Shown here one piece after another: positions 27,735 through 30,426 of a stretch of 30,426 nucleotides of DNA. The position numbers were made by a program, and so were the translations under genes. The stretch comes from Nostoc sp. GTDB taxonomy: Bacteria > Cyanobacteriota > Cyanobacteriia > Cyanobacteriales > Nostocaceae. Below the pieces are notes generated by a model. It searched no databases. It saw only the letters and a list, made by a program, of their open reading frames with translations, and was not told the origin of the DNA. The stretch spans positions 1-30,426 of the forward strand of contig JBALDB010000016.1 in NCBI GenBank assembly GCA_036918135.1. Direction: 5' to 3'. Numbering within the stretch: position 1 is the first letter of the stretch; each line of letters starts with the position of its first letter.

Positions 27735-28353
27735 GAATGCTTGAGTCTGTTCCTAATTTTGCAAAGTTAATAGGCAAAAATTCAGTATTATCTGGCGTAT
27801 TTGCTGGTTTTAGATCCTCAATTGAAATTTTGGAACTCTTCGCTTTTTCTATCCTGTTTTCCTCAGGAGTGATAGGTTTTGGTCGAATCGATAGCCCCAT
27901 TTGTTTCAGCAGTCGATTAATGTGTTGACCACTTACCTGAATTCCCAAGTCTTTTGCCAAATGCTGACTCAACCAGTTACCTGTCCAACGCCGAAAAGAA
28001 TAGCCGTAATCACGGGGACTATTACTGACAAGTTCTTTTAAACGCTCTAAATATTCCTCATTTACTGCTTTAGGACGACCAATTGCACAATCTTGCCATT
28101 GATGCGCCATACCAGTGCGCGCTATATGCATCCAATGTCTAACTGTTGCTGGACAGCACCCTAATATCTGACAAATTGTGGTTTGAGATTTGCCCTCATC
28201 TGTCAATAACATAATTTGGATACGATGACGGTAAGACTCAGGAATATTTTCTTGTAAGCTTTTTTGCAGTATTTTGCGCTGAAAAGATGATAAACACTTA
28301 CCATCAAAAATTCTTGGCTCTTTGATATCAGTTTTCATTTGGTAGTGCGACAT
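27628..28353 (-). CDS. HTH protein resembling the IS630 transposase N-terminus (no DDE domain), putative regulator
   Basis: RIQIMLLTDEGKSQTTICQILGCCPATVRHW, GRPK, SPRDYGYSFRRWT..WLSQHL and INRLLKQMGLS motifs; overlaps the transporter start by 107 bp. Confidence 0.75.
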   Translation of the reverse strand: MSHYQMKTDIKEPRIFDGKCLSSFQRKILQKSLQENIPESYRHRIQIMLLTDEGKSQTTICQILGCCPATVRHWMHIARTGMAHQWQDCAIGRPKAVNEEYLERLKELVSNSPRDYGYSFRRWTGNWLSQHLAKDLGIQVSGQHINRLLKQMGLSIRPKPITPEENRIEKAKSSKISIEDLKPANTPDNTEFLPINFAKLGTDSSIHGAKSIRSVSVSGTVEQYFGVFAFRGRIWALSPTN

Positions 28354-28999
28354 ATTTAACTAGCCATCTTCTAAGATTCTAGGTAAGTCAGTCCAGTTTT
28401 ACTTTTGTTTATTGATAAATCAAAACTTGAAACTAACACAAAATTAAGTGCTATTGTAAGATAAACTTTAATTATAAAATTACTCTAAAATTAGAATATA
28501 AAAAACTAATATTGGATTTTATAATTTTTCCCAATTTTCAAGTAATGACTTTAAAGAAAGTTGAAATTATCTTTACATAACTTCTATTAGAAGTTATGCA
28601 TACATTGAATAGTCCAGCGTGTATAATTAAATTCTCTTGAAGTAAAGATATGATTAAGAAATAGTAGTTTTAGGTTTAAGTTTTGATTTTTTGTTACCAA
28701 GTTAATTCAGGATGAAGATTATAAAACCTCATTAATACTAAATACTTATACTTCTTGGATGATAGCGATTGCGTCCAATTGGGTGGAGTGGATGGAGTAA
28801 GTTGTAGTACTTAATGTAGGAAAAAAGACTACGCTCTGGATTCAGACAGCAGCACAAACTTTTATCTAAATTCTGGCGACTGACACGTTTATTGTTAAAC
28901 TTGAATATTGTACAGTGACAAATTAAATGACATTGAGACAAATTCGTGTCATCAACTTAAGCCTTACCCACTTTAAGCTTGCAATAATTTCTGTTGTTA

Positions 29000-29245
29000 T
29001 ACCAATTCTCTATGAGGTTGCACTTAATAAAGCTCTTGTGATGTAATTCTATCCACAAATCGATGCGATCGCTTTGGCAGAAATAGAATCAAGAATCTGT
29101 TTGAGCTTGTGTCTTAATCGATCCAAGTTTGTGCAATGTTCCCAAGATAATTCGTACTTAATGTGTTCCCATAAATGCTCAATGGGATTAAGCTCTGGAC
29201 TTGAGGGGGATTAAAAAATTGGTACAACATTCTCAGGCCATTTTA
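29000..29245 (-). pseudogene. Older IS630 remnant: transposase C-terminus and probable end
   Basis: KWPENVVPIF*SPSSPELNPIEHLWEHIKYELSW...ICG*NYITRALLSATS* contains the SPELNPIE motif and internal stops. Confidence 0.8.
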
Positions 29246-30271
29246 CAGCAATTTTCAAGTAATTGAACCACAAAATACGGTAACCTAGACATGAAATAAT
29301 TGTTTGATTCGATGCCAGCATCTTACTCAGAGGATTTACGTCGTCGCGTGATTGCAGCTTGGTTATCAAAGGAAGGTTCTCAACGGCAGATAGCGCAGAG
29401 ATTCAAGGTTAGCTTGTCGTTTGTACGAAATCTGCTGCGTCATTATCGCAAAAGTAGAGAAATTGAAGCAAAACAACGTGGAGGATACCAAAAGCCGACA
29501 ATTCAGGATCAACATCTAAGCATGATTAAGCTTTGGGTGGAAGGGAAAAATGATTTGTTGCTAACAGAGTTGTGCGACCGCCTTGCGGAAAATACAGGAA
29601 TTAGAGTCAGCATTTCGACAATGCATCGTGCAGTAGAAAAATTAGACTTACGCTGTAAAAAAAAAGTCTACTATGCAAGTGAGCAAGATACTCCACGAGT
29701 ACAGGAATTACGCCATGACTATCGTCGATGGTTAGATAAAATTGACGTGCGAAACCTAATATTTGTTGATGAAGCTGGATTAAATTTATCAATGTCACGC
29801 TTGTTTGGTAGAGCAGTAGAGGGCGAACGAGCAATTGGTAGTATTCCTGGAACGAAGGGTGGAAATGTTTCTTTGATTGGTGCTTTGAACCTTGAGGGAC
29901 TGGTTGCAGCGATGACTGTACCTGGAAGCACCAACACTGAAGTATTTCTGACATATGTAACTCAGGTCTTGGCACCTCAATTGTGGAAAGGGGCGATTGT
30001 GGTTATGGATAATCTGAGAGTTCATCACGCAGAGTGTGTAAAAATTGCCATCGAGTCTGTTGGTGCATTCGTCAAGTTTTTGCCCCCCTACTCTCCTGAT
30101 TTATCCCCTATAGAGCTTTGTTGGTCGAAATTGAAGCAATTTCTCCGTTCTCGTGAAGCGCGCACATTGGAATTACTCAACCAAGCAATGACTGAGGCTG
30201 TAAATTATATTACTGAAGAGCATACCTTCGGTTGGTTCAACCACTGTGGTCTATTTACCTGAAAATTGCTG
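29246..30271 (+). mobile_element. IS630-family insertion sequence, 1026 bp, TA target duplication
   Basis: Left end CAGCAATTTTCAAGTAATTGAACCACA; right end reverse complement CAGCAATTTTCAGGTAAATAGACCACA; TA at 29244-29245 and 30272-30273. Confidence 0.92.
29312..30262 (+). CDS. IS630 transposase (single intact ORF)
   Basis: YSEDLRRRV HTH and DDE motifs IFVDEAG / VVMDNLRVH / PPYSPDLSPIELCW. Probable start ATG 29312; the ORF is open from 29300. Confidence 0.93.
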   Translation: MPASYSEDLRRRVIAAWLSKEGSQRQIAQRFKVSLSFVRNLLRHYRKSREIEAKQRGGYQKPTIQDQHLSMIKLWVEGKNDLLLTELCDRLAENTGIRVSISTMHRAVEKLDLRCKKKVYYASEQDTPRVQELRHDYRRWLDKIDVRNLIFVDEAGLNLSMSRLFGRAVEGERAIGSIPGTKGGNVSLIGALNLEGLVAAMTVPGSTNTEVFLTYVTQVLAPQLWKGAIVVMDNLRVHHAECVKIAIESVGAFVKFLPPYSPDLSPIELCWSKLKQFLRSREARTLELLNQAMTEAVNYITEEHTFGWFNHCGLFT

Positions 30272-30340
30272 TAAGTCCAAAGATTTATGAAAACTTCCAT
30301 TGTCCATTTGTATTAAATTCAGGGCATCAGGATAACGTGA
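30272..30340 (-). pseudogene. Upstream part of the interrupted older IS630 transposase
   Basis: RYPDALNLIQMDNGSFHKSLDL joins in frame to KWPENVV when the nested IS and one TA are removed. Confidence 0.75.
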
Positions 30341-30426
30341 GTTCGACGGTGAAAAAAAGGCAAAAAGCTTGCTATGCCTGAATTTGTACAACTGGGTAAG
30401 CAGTAGGCGATCGCTATAATTAATGG

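Overview
Accessory region of a filamentous, Nostoc-like cyanobacterium (many HIP1 GCGATCGC sites, Nostoc-type small dispersed repeats and MITEs). The left half is a mosaic: a DUF99 gene; a desaturase / MetX-like hydrolase / GlnT(GmaS)-like operon; a GC-rich MDR dehydrogenase + MmyB regulator pair; decayed plasmid genes (membrane hydrolase, AlbA_2 fragment, parA pseudogene plus partner gene flanked by 15-bp repeats); and a LysR + TrxB-like pair. The main feature (~15.3-28.4 kb) is an apparently complete RiPP cluster. It encodes an APH-family kinase and a HopA1-family lyase (the split Ser/Thr dehydratase of class V lanthipeptides and thioamitides), an aldo/keto reductase that appears to lack the canonical catalytic residues, two PPIase/foldase-like proteins, four double-glycine precursors (a duplicated A+B pair with Cys-free, Ser/Thr-conserved cores), a candidate immunity protein, a C39-peptidase ABC exporter, HlyD and an IS630-like HTH protein. 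With no Cys, cyclase or LanD, the product cannot be a lanthipeptide. It is inferred to be a linear two-component dehydroamino-acid and/or D-amino-acid peptide. A collapsed relic of a Nif11-precursor + radical SAM system lies just upstream, and an intact IS630 nested in an older IS630 ends the window. All family calls come from motif recognition by eye; no searches were run.
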